A DNA stretch of 64,000 nucleotides from Carpediemonas membranifera BICM (GCA_019828565.1 JAHDYR010000001.1:248001-312000); one strand, 5' to 3'. Numbered from the stretch's first letter, positions 1-11,018 are shown. Notes: a model not told the origin generated them from the letters alone. Program-made: numbers and translations.

Positions 1-484
1 CATTTGGTGCACCTTCGATGCAACTTCAGATCAGATAGAGCAATCTCCTTTCCACTACGACTCCCAGAGAGTGCTCTTCCTCGCTATCATTAACGTGCTA
101 AGTTGAGCAAGCACGCGCTGCAGCGCGCGTGATATGCTGCGCACGATTGATAGAGTATGATGAACCACACTGCGATCCTGATGCTGCTTGGATCACTGTG
201 TGTTTTTGACTCAAGTATTCTTATCCTGCGTGGCACAGGTCTAGTGCTGCACTCTGCTCGTCCCAAGTGTCTGCCAAGTCATCAACCACATCACTACTGT
301 CTGTAAAATGCTTTAATGGCCCGCTATCGGCCGGCAGAGCACTCGGGCCGACCAACACTGGTCGCTGGCTCAGTGTCAACACAGCCACTCCATGCATTCA
401 ACCTACCATCCAGCATGCTATTTACGCCAGCCGCACTACGCAACCCCCCCCCCCCCCCCAAGTCCACAGTACGCCTCACGGCTC

Positions 485-1915
485 TCATTGGGTCACCCTC
501 TTGATCTCAAAGGTCGTGTCGTCCTCGTCAATCGTCTGATCAGTCACGCCCAAGAGCTGGCTTGCCTCACGCCGCCTGATCTCGTCCTGGCTGGCCATAC
601 TTGCCCGCTGCACGTTCTCCTGGTGGGACATGAGCTGGCGCTTGACCTCTTCGTGTTCGTCAGATCCTGGGATTTTTAGCGGATTCTGGCACCTTTTCAG
701 TTTCTCACGGAGGATACGGAGTCGTCTGGCTTTCATGGGAAGGCCTGCCAACGATTCGACGTCGATGGGGGTTGACAAGCCACGCTTCCTCCCAGAGGCA
801 TCGAGTATCGCAATAGCCGCCCCGAGCACGTTTTGTTGGATCGACGGGGCTTGTCCTAGAGCCTCCAGTGTTCTTGCTGTGAGCTCCTTGCGGTTGGTGT
901 ACGTCTCCGGCATTTCTAGAAGAAGTGACTCAACTACTAACATAAAACTGATGACGCCGGGTGTAAAGAGGAGAGTACAGTCGCAGTGCTGGGTCAACTC
1001 AGTAAGCTTGCTGACCCTCTCCCTCGTAGCATCGTATACGGCCGGGCTAGCTTGCCGAAGCGGGGCAAAGAACGCCGACTCAGATGACCGGAGACGGAGG
1101 AGGACGCGTAGGGCAAGCTTGAGGGGGTGGTAGACAGACAGATGGCACTTGAGGCCGCTGAGGACAAAACTTTCCATCGCTATGATGTCTGGACCCGTTT
1201 GCTGGAAGATGGTGGCCACGTTGGCGGCAATGTCCTTGCGTTCGAGGCCGGGGAAGACAATGGCGCGGAAAGCATCCGTCTTGCTTGCGATATAGAAGCA
1301 GGTGGCGGCTATGAGGTCTGGTTTGAAGTCAACCACGCTCTCTGAGAGGAAGAATCTCTTGATAAACATCACCGTAGTCTGCACGACGTCCTCAACGTAC
1401 GGCCTGAGACGCTCGTTCCGCTTGAGGTCAGCTTCAGAGGCCGGCTCTGGCAGCAGGTGCTTGTTGAGCTTCCGTCTGGCCCAGTACTCGTAGTAGTTGA
1501 CCAAGTCGCAGTTCTCTTCTATCGTAAGAGTCTCGCTGTCGCCTGGGTGGGCCAATATGTTGTTAATGTTGGGCGTCCGCTGGAGGACGTTGTACAGCTG
1601 CTCGGGGATCGCTGGCATGCCGTTGGGCTCGGGCATGCGCTCGTGGACGTTCATGTTGTGGATCATAGGGGTAATCCCGGAGCGGAGGGACTCGTTGTAG
1701 GAACGCTTGATACCGCCGGGTGTTTGCTCAATGGGTGCTTCGTTCTGACTGGACTTGCCGTCGGAGTAGTGCAGGAATCGCTCCATACGGTACTGAGCTT
1801 TGGCAACAGCCTCATGCCGGCTTTTGCGAATAGCTGCCTCTGATAGAACCCAGTATTTGTAATGGGTGCTAGTCATAAAATGGGACTTGCAGTGCCCTAG
1901 ATCCTTTCCGCTCAT
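485..1915 (-). CDS. CCNH: Cyclin H-like (TFIIH/CAK cyclin, cyclin C/H family)
   Basis: N-terminal F.TS.H...W motif, LT.EE..LV.YYE, T.VMFIKRFFL..SV.DF.P..I..TC.Y.A.K, E.FVL..L...L.VYHP cyclin box. Confidence 0.8.
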   Translation of the reverse strand: MSGKDLGHCKSHFMTSTHYKYWVLSEAAIRKSRHEAVAKAQYRMERFLHYSDGKSSQNEAPIEQTPGGIKRSYNESLRSGITPMIHNMNVHERMPEPNGMPAIPEQLYNVLQRTPNINNILAHPGDSETLTIEENCDLVNYYEYWARRKLNKHLLPEPASEADLKRNERLRPYVEDVVQTTVMFIKRFFLSESVVDFKPDLIAATCFYIASKTDAFRAIVFPGLERKDIAANVATIFQQTGPDIIAMESFVLSGLKCHLSVYHPLKLALRVLLRLRSSESAFFAPLRQASPAVYDATRERVSKLTELTQHCDCTLLFTPGVISFMLVVESLLLEMPETYTNRKELTARTLEALGQAPSIQQNVLGAAIAILDASGRKRGLSTPIDVESLAGLPMKARRLRILREKLKRCQNPLKIPGSDEHEEVKRQLMSHQENVQRASMASQDEIRRREASQLLGVTDQTIDEDDTTFEIKRVTQ

Positions 1916-2198
1916 CGCTTTCCAATTTCTTGCTAAACTGCGAAAATCGAGGACGCGATTGCCGAAACGTCATCGAATCAGACATAGCCCAGCCATATGA
2001 TACAGCGACACAGGCTTGGTCGTTAAATTTCGCGACTTTACCACAGTCGGGTCTTTGGTTGAGTAATAAGACCCGATTCAGCACTCTGCGCTCAGTCGGC
2101 TTCCTACACCTGTGCCCGACCTCTCATTGGACTGAACGCGGCGGAGTCGTTTCACAGATTTCTCAGTCGGTGACACGCACCATATACTTCGATCCATC

Positions 2199-3380
2199 AT
2201 GCACGTCGAAGTAATGACTATCAAAAGCGAGCGCAAGTCCATAGATATTAGCCCTACCGCCACTTTGGATGAGGTTAAGGCCGCTGTTGAGGCCGCATTC
2301 GGTTCAGACTACGCTGCCAAGAACGTGAAGCTTATTTGCCGTGGTGCAATCCTCTCTTCGGGGACATTGGAGAGCAATAACGTCACTGAGAACTCCCAGC
2401 TCGTCGTAATGGGCATAACGAAGAAGGTGGCTCCCAAGAAACCCGAATCAACTCCAGCACCCGCTCCCCAGCCTGTCGCCGAGACGCCTGCCCAGCCTGT
2501 CGAGGAGACCCCTGCAGCAGCCTCAGGTGTGGCCGCTCCCCCTGCTGAAACCCCCGTCCCACAGGCGCCTGCTTCAACCAGGCCAGAGGAGGCGGCGACC
2601 CCGGCGGATAACGTCATCCCCGAGTCCCTTATCGAGCAGGTGATGGAGATGGGCTTTGAGAGAAGCCAGTGTGAGATCGCGCTTCGGGCAGCAAACATGA
2701 ACGTTGAGCTTGCCATCGATTTCCTGCTCTCGGGCAACATCCCGAGCTCGGCTCCCGCTCCTGCTCCAGCGCCTGCTACCCAGCACCCGACCATCAGTGG
2801 CTCCACCTTCCCTCCCTCCTTCGCTGGTGCGGCCCCTGAGGACGACGGCGCTTTCCCCTCTCTCTCGGGCGACGTGCAAACCTCCTCGATGAGCGGCGTA
2901 GCTACCCCCGCGATGGAAGAGTTCCTCGGCGACAGCAGGCTCGAGGGCCTGCGTGAGGCTCTTCTCCAGGACCCCCAGTTAATGCAAGAGCTCCTGATCC
3001 AACTCAGTGAGACGAACCCTGAGCTCGTGCAAGAGATCCAAGCTCACCCAGACATGTTCCTCCAGCTTCTGCAGAGCACTGTACAGGGCGAGCAAGGCGG
3101 TGAGGGCGGTGAGGGAGGTCAGGAAGTCATCCAGCTTACGGCTGATGATGTCGGCCAAATCGTGAATATCGCCGAGATTTACGGCCTCCCCCGTCGTATC
3201 ATCCTTTCCTTGTACATCCAGTGCAACAGGAACGCTGACGTCGTCGCCAACGTTGTCATAGACCGTATGGACGAGCTTCGTGCCGCTGCCGCCTCCATGA
3301 CCGGGCCGGATCTTGAATTCCCGTCGTTGCCAAGTCAAGAGGGCGAGTCGAACCAGGAGAACGGCGATAGTGAGATGTGA
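2199..3380 (+). CDS. RAD23: UV excision repair protein RAD23 (UBL-UBA-STI1/XPC-binding-UBA)
   Basis: N-terminal UBL (KLICRGAIL), Pro/Ala linker, UBA (MEMGFERSQCEIALRAANMNVELAIDFLLSG), QDPQLMQELL..L...NPEL, IQLT..D. Confidence 0.92.
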   Translation: MHVEVMTIKSERKSIDISPTATLDEVKAAVEAAFGSDYAAKNVKLICRGAILSSGTLESNNVTENSQLVVMGITKKVAPKKPESTPAPAPQPVAETPAQPVEETPAAASGVAAPPAETPVPQAPASTRPEEAATPADNVIPESLIEQVMEMGFERSQCEIALRAANMNVELAIDFLLSGNIPSSAPAPAPAPATQHPTISGSTFPPSFAGAAPEDDGAFPSLSGDVQTSSMSGVATPAMEEFLGDSRLEGLREALLQDPQLMQELLIQLSETNPELVQEIQAHPDMFLQLLQSTVQGEQGGEGGEGGQEVIQLTADDVGQIVNIAEIYGLPRRIILSLYIQCNRNADVVANVVIDRMDELRAAAASMTGPDLEFPSLPSQEGESNQENGDSEM

Positions 3381-3502
3381 GGTGTGGAATAAAATTGGTG
3401 CTATGATGACATTTGGGTTGGGGTGAGCGGTGTTTGCTGGGAAATAAGAAGCAAGTTTTGGAAGTGGATCTATGATGGATAGGCGAATAAATAACAACTT
3501 CT

Positions 3503-5107
3503 TTACTTCTTGAGCACGACCATCTTCACCACGATGATGAGGATGAGCAGGATAGCGTACAGGATGTACTTGAGACGGTCCATCCAGTAAATGAGCACAG
3601 AGGTCTCAGCAATGGAGTCCAGCTTGTACGCAGTGCGCCACAGGCCGCCGTGGAACGCGCCCTCGGAGAAAAGCTGCTGGGGGTTGGCCAGCTGGCGCTC
3701 AGGGTTGGCGATGGTGTCGTCGGTCATGACGTCGGACAAAAGAAGCGCGCACATCACCGCGTTCGATGTAGCAGGCTCGAAGATCTCGATCGGCTTGAAG
3801 TGGGGCATCCCACCGTACGCCCAGGCGAAGGTCTTGGCGTGGATGACCGACACCGTGGCCGTGGACGGGGCGATGTTGCTCGACACGGGGTGGCCCTCGG
3901 ACCGGGCGACCATCGCGCGCCAGTGCTGCAGACGCTTGGCGAGAGCGTAGTTAGGACCCTGGGCGATCGACAGCTCGTCCATGATGTGGAGCTCGTTGCC
4001 GTTCTCGTCCTTGACAGCGGGGCGAGTGTTTTTCTGCAGGAACTTGCCGCCAGAGAGTATGTGGATGCCAGACTCCCAGACCTTGTCCAGAGTCACGGCA
4101 GAGTAGCGCTGGCGGGACTCCTGGGCGGCCTCGGCGGGGACGACGTGTACGTCGGTTGGAGTGCAGAGGTAGCCGAGGGAGACCATGCGTGGGTTGGAGG
4201 CGTACTTGGCGCACATGGCCTTGATGATGGCGTCAGAGGCGATGGAGAGGAGAACATGGAGGAAGCCGTCGAGGTAGACGTAGACGCCGATCGTAAAGGG
4301 CGTCGAGTCGTCAAGAGAGCACAGCCAGTTGGCAATGTGGGGCGTGGCGCCCATAAGGTCGCAGCCAGCATTCTCGGCGATCTCGTCGTCGTCCTTGAGC
4401 TGATCCATCGGCTTCTTGAGAGGGAAAGTGATCGTGCCCGCAGACTCGCGGGCAACCTTGATCAGGCGCTGCCAGACGGGCTTGCGGTCGATATCAATCG
4501 CAACAACGTGGGCTCCGAGGGCCATAAGGGTCAGGAAAGGACCCATGGCGGAGCCGGCGCCGAGGAGGACGAAGCGGCGGTTCTTGAGGTTCGCGAGGAT
4601 CTCGGGCTTCTCGGCCATGGCCTTGATGCCCTCGCCGGCGGAAGGCTCGATGGTGCCAGCGGCCACCCACTTGTCTACCTGGCGAACGAGGGCCTCGCCC
4701 GTGAGCTTCTTGTTCTTATAGGGGACGGTGTACTCGTCAATGGGGGCACCGGTGCCCTTGATCACGCCAGTGTACTTGTAGTCACCGAGGTCCTTGATCG
4801 CAATCATGGCCTCATCGAAGGGGATCTCGTTGCCGTCCTTGATGTAGGTGAAGGTCTTGTGCATGTACTCGATGCCAGCCTTAGCCTGATCAAGAGCGGC
4901 CTTCTCAGACGCACAGCCCATTTCAACCATGCGGATGAGCTGATCAGCATAGCGGTGGCGCCAGTCAGAGGTCTTGAGGACCATTTCCTTGGCCTTGGAG
5001 TCCATAGCGCCCATCGCCTCAGCAATAACCTGCTTGTTAACAGTAGAGGTTGGGCGCTTGCCATCCTTGAGAGGGAAGTTCACACCAGGCTTCTTGACGT
5101 CGGCCAT
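3503..5107 (-). CDS. Uncharacterised Rossmann-like protein with C-terminal membrane anchor
   Basis: Long ORF with strong C/G-ending codon bias; FVLLGAGSAMGP..L..LGA.V.A.D dinucleotide-binding-like motif; QGPNYALAK; hydrophobic C-terminal tail. Start placed at second Met (MADVKK); 5155 is also possible. Confidence 0.7.
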   Translation of the reverse strand: MADVKKPGVNFPLKDGKRPTSTVNKQVIAEAMGAMDSKAKEMVLKTSDWRHRYADQLIRMVEMGCASEKAALDQAKAGIEYMHKTFTYIKDGNEIPFDEAMIAIKDLGDYKYTGVIKGTGAPIDEYTVPYKNKKLTGEALVRQVDKWVAAGTIEPSAGEGIKAMAEKPEILANLKNRRFVLLGAGSAMGPFLTLMALGAHVVAIDIDRKPVWQRLIKVARESAGTITFPLKKPMDQLKDDDEIAENAGCDLMGATPHIANWLCSLDDSTPFTIGVYVYLDGFLHVLLSIASDAIIKAMCAKYASNPRMVSLGYLCTPTDVHVVPAEAAQESRQRYSAVTLDKVWESGIHILSGGKFLQKNTRPAVKDENGNELHIMDELSIAQGPNYALAKRLQHWRAMVARSEGHPVSSNIAPSTATVSVIHAKTFAWAYGGMPHFKPIEIFEPATSNAVMCALLLSDVMTDDTIANPERQLANPQQLFSEGAFHGGLWRTAYKLDSIAETSVLIYWMDRLKYILYAILLILIIVVKMVVLKK

Positions 5108-5220
5108 TTGTCTCGATTGCACTTTGGCTTTGCAAATATCGCACAGCGACGCCATACCAATTACGGCGCCCCCTTAAAAATGGACAAAGCGTCGTCCAAC
5201 CGTATTTATACAATCCACTC

Positions 5221-6525
5221 TCAGTCCTGCTCGACAAACTCCTTCATCCGCAGCCCCTGCCGGTCCTCAGCGTCCATCGTCCGGCTCAGGTCAGCCTCCG
5301 TCTGACTCACCCGGATGTTCCCAGCTCCGTCCTCAGCCATGTCGATGTCCGCCTGGAGGTCGCACTCCTGGGGCTTCGGCATCACTGCCAGACCCACGCC
5401 GGGAGCGGGGGCGAGGCTTTGGAGTTGCTCGTGAATCTTTTGGTAAATCTTTTCGAGATCGCGTTTTGAGTTCAGATTCTGTTGGTTATTCTTGACTAGA
5501 TTCAGGCTGTAGTCAGGCGCGTAGTACTCATAGAAGCGGTGGTGGGGCACCTCCTCGGGCAGACTGGCGCCCACGCACAAAGCAGTCTCATAAGCCCAGC
5601 AGCGGGCGACGTTTCTGAGCGTGTAGCCGCCCCCGCCGAGCACCATGAGTGGCAGGCCGAGGGACTTGACGAAATCCACGCACTCGCCATGTCCGCCGAT
5701 GGTTAGGTTGAAGCAACCGAGCCTGTCGTTCGCGAGGGAGTCGGCACCGCACTGAAGCACGATGGCGCCGGGCCTGAAGTGCTCCATGACGTCCCTAATG
5801 ACGGCTTTGAACAGCGTGGTGTAGCTTTCGTCGTCCATGCCGTCGTTGAGCGCCACGTTCACGGCGTACCCACTCCCATCCTCCGCGCCGACATCGCCCA
5901 GATCACCCGTGCCAGGGAAGAAGGAGTTGCCGTGCTTGTGGAAGGAGACTGTCATGACCCTGTCCGTGGTGTAGAAGGCCTCTTCTACGCCGTCGCCGTG
6001 ATGGATGTCGATGTCGATGTAGAGCACACGAGCGTGGACCTTGAGAAGCTCTAGAATGCCCAGCACAATATCGTTGGCGTAGCAAAAGCCGCTGGCCTCG
6101 TTCCTCTTGGCGTGGTGCATGCCGCCCATCCAATTGACGGCAATGTCGGAGTGCCCCGCGTTAAGATGGGCCGCACCAGTCACACTGCCGCCACAGGAGC
6201 GCTGGCAGTACGGGAAGATGCCTACGAACGGCGGGCAGTCCTCGCCGATGGAGAAGTTGTTGGTGTCCTCCTGCGTAATCGTCGCATCACTGGGAGAAAT
6301 CTGCTGAAGGAAGGCGACGTAATCATCGGTGTGGAACTTTGTCATTTCGATGTTTGACAGTAGCCGCGGGTTGTAGATGGACATGCGCTCATGGAGACCG
6401 TAGTTGAGGATTAATTCCCACGTCATGTTGGCGCGGAACGGCTTCATCGCATGCTCGGGACCGAAGTAGTACTGTCCGAAGTCGGGGTCGTAGAAATACG
6501 AAACCTTCTGCTTTCTTGCGCTCAT
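5221..6525 (-). CDS. Class I histone deacetylase (RPD3/HDAC3-like)
   Basis: HAMKP, GEDCP, GGMHHAK..EASGFCY.ND, YIDIDIHHGDGVEEAFY, FFPGTG, QCGADSL..DRLG.FN, GGGGY. Confidence 0.97.
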   Translation of the reverse strand: MSARKQKVSYFYDPDFGQYYFGPEHAMKPFRANMTWELILNYGLHERMSIYNPRLLSNIEMTKFHTDDYVAFLQQISPSDATITQEDTNNFSIGEDCPPFVGIFPYCQRSCGGSVTGAAHLNAGHSDIAVNWMGGMHHAKRNEASGFCYANDIVLGILELLKVHARVLYIDIDIHHGDGVEEAFYTTDRVMTVSFHKHGNSFFPGTGDLGDVGAEDGSGYAVNVALNDGMDDESYTTLFKAVIRDVMEHFRPGAIVLQCGADSLANDRLGCFNLTIGGHGECVDFVKSLGLPLMVLGGGGYTLRNVARCWAYETALCVGASLPEEVPHHRFYEYYAPDYSLNLVKNNQQNLNSKRDLEKIYQKIHEQLQSLAPAPGVGLAVMPKPQECDLQADIDMAEDGAGNIRVSQTEADLSRTMDAEDRQGLRMKEFVEQD

Positions 6526-6863
6526 ACGACGACGCGCTCCGTCTACTTAAAATGCGCGAGACGACGGCTAAACTGCGCCGTGACGTATCTGGCGACAGGA
6601 GAGTGTCGCATGATCAAGAAACTGCCCGCAATGATAGAGGGTTATGCGCAGGGCTCTTTTAAATTTTGTTGGAAATTGTGTGACCACATCAGTGATCCTG
6701 CAAAATCTGAGCAATCAGAGCGCCAGGTCTGCTTGGCTTTGCGACAGAATTAAGCAAACGGCTACGCATTCAACAATATCACTAACATTATACATTGGCC
6801 AGGCACGTTCGAAACACCCTAGATGAAAGTTCTGAAACCACCAAAAAAAACTTTAGAGCAAGC

Positions 6864-7643
6864 TTAGTTCTTGGCCTGGCGCTCACGGCGCTCCTCCATG
6901 ATGGTCTTGCGGACACCGTTGCCGGCGGGCAGGGTGATCATGGGCTTGGAGCCGGTGCCGATGATGAAGGCGTTGTCGGCGCGGGTGGCAATGTGGTTGC
7001 CAGCAGCGTCCTTAAGCTGGACGATGTCGTGGGTGCCAATGTGGCGCTCGATGTGGGAAACGACACCGATACGGCCAGTGTTGTTGCCACCGGTGATGAA
7101 GGCGAGGGCGCCGAGCTCAAAGCGGGCGAACTCGACGATCTTGCCGGTCTCGAGGTCGATCTTGACGGTGTCACCAACCTTGATGGCGGGGTCGGGGTAA
7201 CGGACAGTGCGGGCGTCTTTGGTGTAGAGGTGGGGGATGCCAGCGTGGCCGACAACGATCTTGGTGACCTTGCAGAGCTTGAACTTGGACTCCTCCTCGG
7301 AGATGCGGTGGAGGACGAAGCGGCCCTTGGTGTCGAAGAGCATTCTGAAGAGGTCGTTAGACTTCTTGACAGAGAGGACGTCCATGAAGCCGATGGGGAA
7401 GGTGGGATCGGCGCGGATCTTGCCGTCAACAGCAACAAGCTTGCGCTTGAGGATGAGGGTAACCTCACGCTGGTTAAGAGCGTACTTGAGGCGGTTGCGG
7501 AGGATCACGAGGAGGGGGATGGACTCGCGAACGGCGTGGGGGCCCTGAGAGGGACGGGGGGCAAAGATGCCGCCCATCTTGGAGAGCATCCAAGACTTAG
7601 GGGCGTTGATACGCTTCATGTGCTTAGCGGCGGAGCGAGCCAT
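6864..7643 (-). CDS. RPS4: 40S ribosomal protein S4 (eS4)
   Basis: MAR..KHMKR..APK.WML.K.GG.FAPRPS.GPH...ES.PL...LRNRLKYAL; 259 aa from ATG at 7643. Confidence 0.98.
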   Translation of the reverse strand: MARSAAKHMKRINAPKSWMLSKMGGIFAPRPSQGPHAVRESIPLLVILRNRLKYALNQREVTLILKRKLVAVDGKIRADPTFPIGFMDVLSVKKSNDLFRMLFDTKGRFVLHRISEEESKFKLCKVTKIVVGHAGIPHLYTKDARTVRYPDPAIKVGDTVKIDLETGKIVEFARFELGALAFITGGNNTGRIGVVSHIERHIGTHDIVQLKDAAGNHIATRADNAFIIGTGSKPMITLPAGNGVRKTIMEERRERQAKN

Positions 7644-7905
7644 GGATCGTCTGCTTTGCTTCTTCGACCTTCGTCGTCTGCATGAAAAAAGATCTTGCAT
7701 GAAAAAAAGTGGAAGGCGCCGGAAATCCAATGCCACGCAACACTGATCAGAGGGCGTCTGGCAGGCAACCACAAGACTTGGTCATCCATAGAGGACCCCG
7801 CCCGTCAATCTCGTCGCGTCGGCTGCCCGCACGATGCCTCAAGAAGTGCTCAGACCAACGCTTCGTTTTATCAAGAATAAATACAACCCCACTATCATAC
7901 AAACC

Positions 7906-8925
7906 CTACATAGCCTGGTGCGGGTCATTATCCAGTGTCAACCTCCCCATCTCTCCCAGCAAGTGCTCGGCGAAATCCCTCATCCGCTGCTCAAAGAACT
8001 TCCGTTTCATGGTCGCCAGGCGCATGTCGTGGGGAGTGGCGTCGGGTCCGACAAGGACTGGGGGCGGGGGTGGCATGCCCGCGAACATCGAGGCCCACTG
8101 GGCGGTGATGTCTGCTGGCCGACTCGCCGCAGTCGAGGTGGGGCGTGGCAGTTCAGCCTCACTGCCCCTCTGTGAGTGAACAGGAGTCATTTCTTTCAAC
8201 TTAGCGAGCTTTGCGTTCCGGTGCAGGTTCTCGTGGACTGTGGTCTCTGTTCTTGTCAGGGAGGCGACGGTTGGCTGTAAGTAGGCGGCGCGGGTGTCTA
8301 TCTTGGCAGGAACCTTCTTCTTAGCCTTTGTAGGCGCACCGACAGGTCGTACTTTCGCTGCGGCGGACTGTGTTTGCTGCATGAACGACGGGAGGGCGGG
8401 TGGGGCAGTCGCAGCAGGCCTAAGTGCCTGGTACACTGGCAGAAGGTGCGTGGGCAGGTTTGAGAGCACCGCATCCCGCACGGCGAGGTAGACTTCCTCG
8501 GTCTTCTCGTCGTCGAGGTAATACTGCATGTCGAGACAGGGGTGGTCTTCACTGAACAGGGGAAGATCGGAGGCTGGACTCTTGCCCTCAGTGTGGTCTT
8601 CGGATGGTTCTTTGGCGTCTCCGCGAAGCGCACGGGCGTATTCTTTCCAAGTTTTAGGGCCAGTTGGTTCGCGATCGTCGTCATCTACCTGAAGGAAATC
8701 TGGGTCAGATTCTTCCGTCTTGATCACGCTAAGGATATTCAGGAAACGTTCACGGCGCTCAAGCGTCGTTTCATCGTTCATCTTGCCGTTTTCTCGCGGC
8801 ATCGGCTCTAAAAGCCCGATTGAGGAGCTACGGAGTTCTGAATGGCCGCTACGAAGATTTGCAGCCCAATGGTCGGGTTTAAATGGCCGCTCGGGGGATG
8901 TGAGGGCAGGTGTCGATGCACTCAT
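7906..8925 (-). CDS. Hypothetical protein
   Basis: 339-aa ATG-initiated ORF filling the space between genes; low complexity, no recognised motif. Confidence 0.6.
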   Translation of the reverse strand: MSASTPALTSPERPFKPDHWAANLRSGHSELRSSSIGLLEPMPRENGKMNDETTLERRERFLNILSVIKTEESDPDFLQVDDDDREPTGPKTWKEYARALRGDAKEPSEDHTEGKSPASDLPLFSEDHPCLDMQYYLDDEKTEEVYLAVRDAVLSNLPTHLLPVYQALRPAATAPPALPSFMQQTQSAAAKVRPVGAPTKAKKKVPAKIDTRAAYLQPTVASLTRTETTVHENLHRNAKLAKLKEMTPVHSQRGSEAELPRPTSTAASRPADITAQWASMFAGMPPPPPVLVGPDATPHDMRLATMKRKFFEQRMRDFAEHLLGEMGRLTLDNDPHQAM

Positions 8926-9138
8926 CTCTCTCTTTGAATGTGCAGTTTATGTCAAAACAGACAATGGGTCACCCATGCATGTTTGTTGGCCGTTTATGTG
9001 TGTGTATGTCACGAGAGTTTGTGTATGGGTGACTCTTGACACATTTGAGCGAAAAGACTACCATCTCTCTCTTCAGCCAACCACGAGCAACGATTTAAAC
9101 TATCAAACGCAGCAGTACTGCGCACGAAGACGGCGAAC

Positions 9139-9759
9139 TCACACGAACGGGATACCCGACCATGTCCGCTTGGCGTACGCCGCATACTGATGCCCGAAGA
9201 ACTGCCTGAGGTACACTTCTTCATACGGAATCCTGTTGGCAAAGAACTTCCAGGAGACGAAAGCATACGCAATGAAAGAGACTGGGTTGCATAGTATGAT
9301 CTGGGACGCCACAGAGAACAAGAACCAGCCCATGTAGGCGGGGTGCCGGCAGATGGCGTAGAAGCCGGTCGTGACCAAGGCATGGTCGTCGCGTTTCTTC
9401 GTGGAGATCAAATGGGTGAATCCAGTGGTGTTCTGTAGCATGGCACCGAATCTGATGAGAAGGCCGGTGCAGGCGGCAAGGATGCCGACGTACGACAGCG
9501 GGAGGAGGCGTAAGGTCAGTGAACGGAAGAAGTAGGCCTCGATGAAGAATTCGGAGAAGCCCACAGTCATTGCAATGGCGTATGGCTTGGATATTAGGAA
9601 AGAAACCCAGCCGAACTCGCGCCTATTGGTGAGAAACGCGTATGAGGCCTCAAAAGTGTGGTAGAAAAGGAGAAGGGAAAAAAGAATTAAAGGAGGTGAA
9701 TACCACGATGAAATAAGCTGTAAGAACGTTGAAATAAGCGTGCGTGATGCCTCGTCCAT
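9139..9759 (-). CDS. ICMT: Protein-S-isoprenylcysteine O-methyltransferase
   Basis: FTH.I...K...H.LVTTG.Y...RHP.Y.GWF...Q..L.NP...RI.YEE..L..FFG..Y..Y. Confidence 0.95.
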   Translation of the reverse strand: MDEASRTLISTFLQLISSWYSPPLILFSLLLFYHTFEASYAFLTNRREFGWVSFLISKPYAIAMTVGFSEFFIEAYFFRSLTLRLLPLSYVGILAACTGLLIRFGAMLQNTTGFTHLISTKKRDDHALVTTGFYAICRHPAYMGWFLFSVASQIILCNPVSFIAYAFVSWKFFANRIPYEEVYLRQFFGHQYAAYAKRTWSGIPFV

Positions 9760-9922
9760 TGATATTGCCGCTTCGGTCCTTTCTTGCGACTCGGGCGGAG
9801 TTTTGATCGAAATTCCCTCAGGCTACTGGCGACAGGGGTTGCCGAGTCCCTTATCTGTGGCGATACTGACACCTGACGAAGCAACGACAAGTTACCCTAA
9901 AATGCGAAAAATTGAAATCGAA

Positions 9923-11018
9923 ATGCTGCTGAACTCGTTGGCAGCGCCAAAAGGTGTCAAATATCACTGCGAACTATGCGGTAAGCAAGCCACGCTTATG
10001 TGCCCGAACTGCCGTACCGTCTGCTATTGGTTCGTTATTTCCAGCATTCTTACCAAGCACAGAGGCCCACAGAGACATAGACGAGGTCTCAATTCACAAG
10101 AAGATCTGCGGCCTCATCCAGGAACTTCAATCTGAGAAGGAAGTCTTTGGCTCCGCACAGCAGCGGCAGCAGCACCAGGAGCGGATGAACATGCTTCGGA
10201 AACGGATCGTAGACATCGGTGTAGAGCAAGCCACCGCCGCCCTGTCCCGCCAAGAGTACCAGCGGGCCATCCCAGCAGCCCTACAGGCCTTGAAATATCA
10301 GAAAGAGCTCGATAGCAATGACAGGTCGATCGTCACCCCCTACCTTCTCCTCGGTGAGGCTCACACCGGCCTGGGCAAACTCCAACGAGCAGAGGAGTTC
10401 CTTTCATTTGCCAAGTGGGTCCTGATCTCCTGCGAGGAGACTGGCGAGTCCCGATCCCAAGCCATCATCGCCCTTCGAGGCAGACTCCACCGTCAGTTCG
10501 GCAAGCTCTTCCTCTTCCAAGACAGGTTCGGCGAGGCTGAGGCTGAGTTCGCGGCAGACGCATACTACTCTGGGCTGGCTACCGGGCCCGAGTCTCCAGA
10601 GGCAGCCCAGTGTTATTTCCATATGGGAAACCTCTTTTACCTTAGAAAGCAGCGTCAGGTGGCTTTCCAGTTTTATGACAAGATTGTAGAGATTTGGCAG
10701 TCGTATCTTCGCGATCTTGTGGTCGCTGGGACACTTACTGGGCACGAGACACCGGGCTTTGCCTCGGAAACCAAGGAAATGTTCATGAAGCTTGAAACAG
10801 TGTACAACCAGAATTGCGGCCAGAACCATTCATCCACAGGCTTCCTCCAGCTCACCATTGCTCTCTTCATGTGCACTCTGGGTCAAGAGCACGTGTCGGA
10901 TGCCTTGGATCGTGTCGGGCAGGCGCATGATATCTTCCTCCAGAGTTTTGGTCAGGACCACCCGGCGACACGCGATGCCGCTAACCTGAGGGTGGCGCTT
11001 ACTCAGAGCCAGGTGTAG
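9923..11018 (+). CDS. ZMYND12: MYND zinc finger + TPR protein ZMYND12 (flagellar); one 28-nt intron at 10030-10057
   Basis: LAAPKG...CELC...CPNC...YC spliced to TEAH..D..SIH.KIC, followed by TPR-like helices; intron GTTCGT...CTTACCAAG joins the two ORF-track frames. Confidence 0.85.

Noticed and set aside
444-459. 16-nt poly-C run (G run downstream of cyclin H)
   Set aside because: A simple homopolymer with no evidence of function.
3650-5305. Long antisense ORFs (also 6795-7685, 52498-53466 and many within 34787-39628)
   Set aside because: These are shadows of strongly codon-biased genes on the opposite strand.
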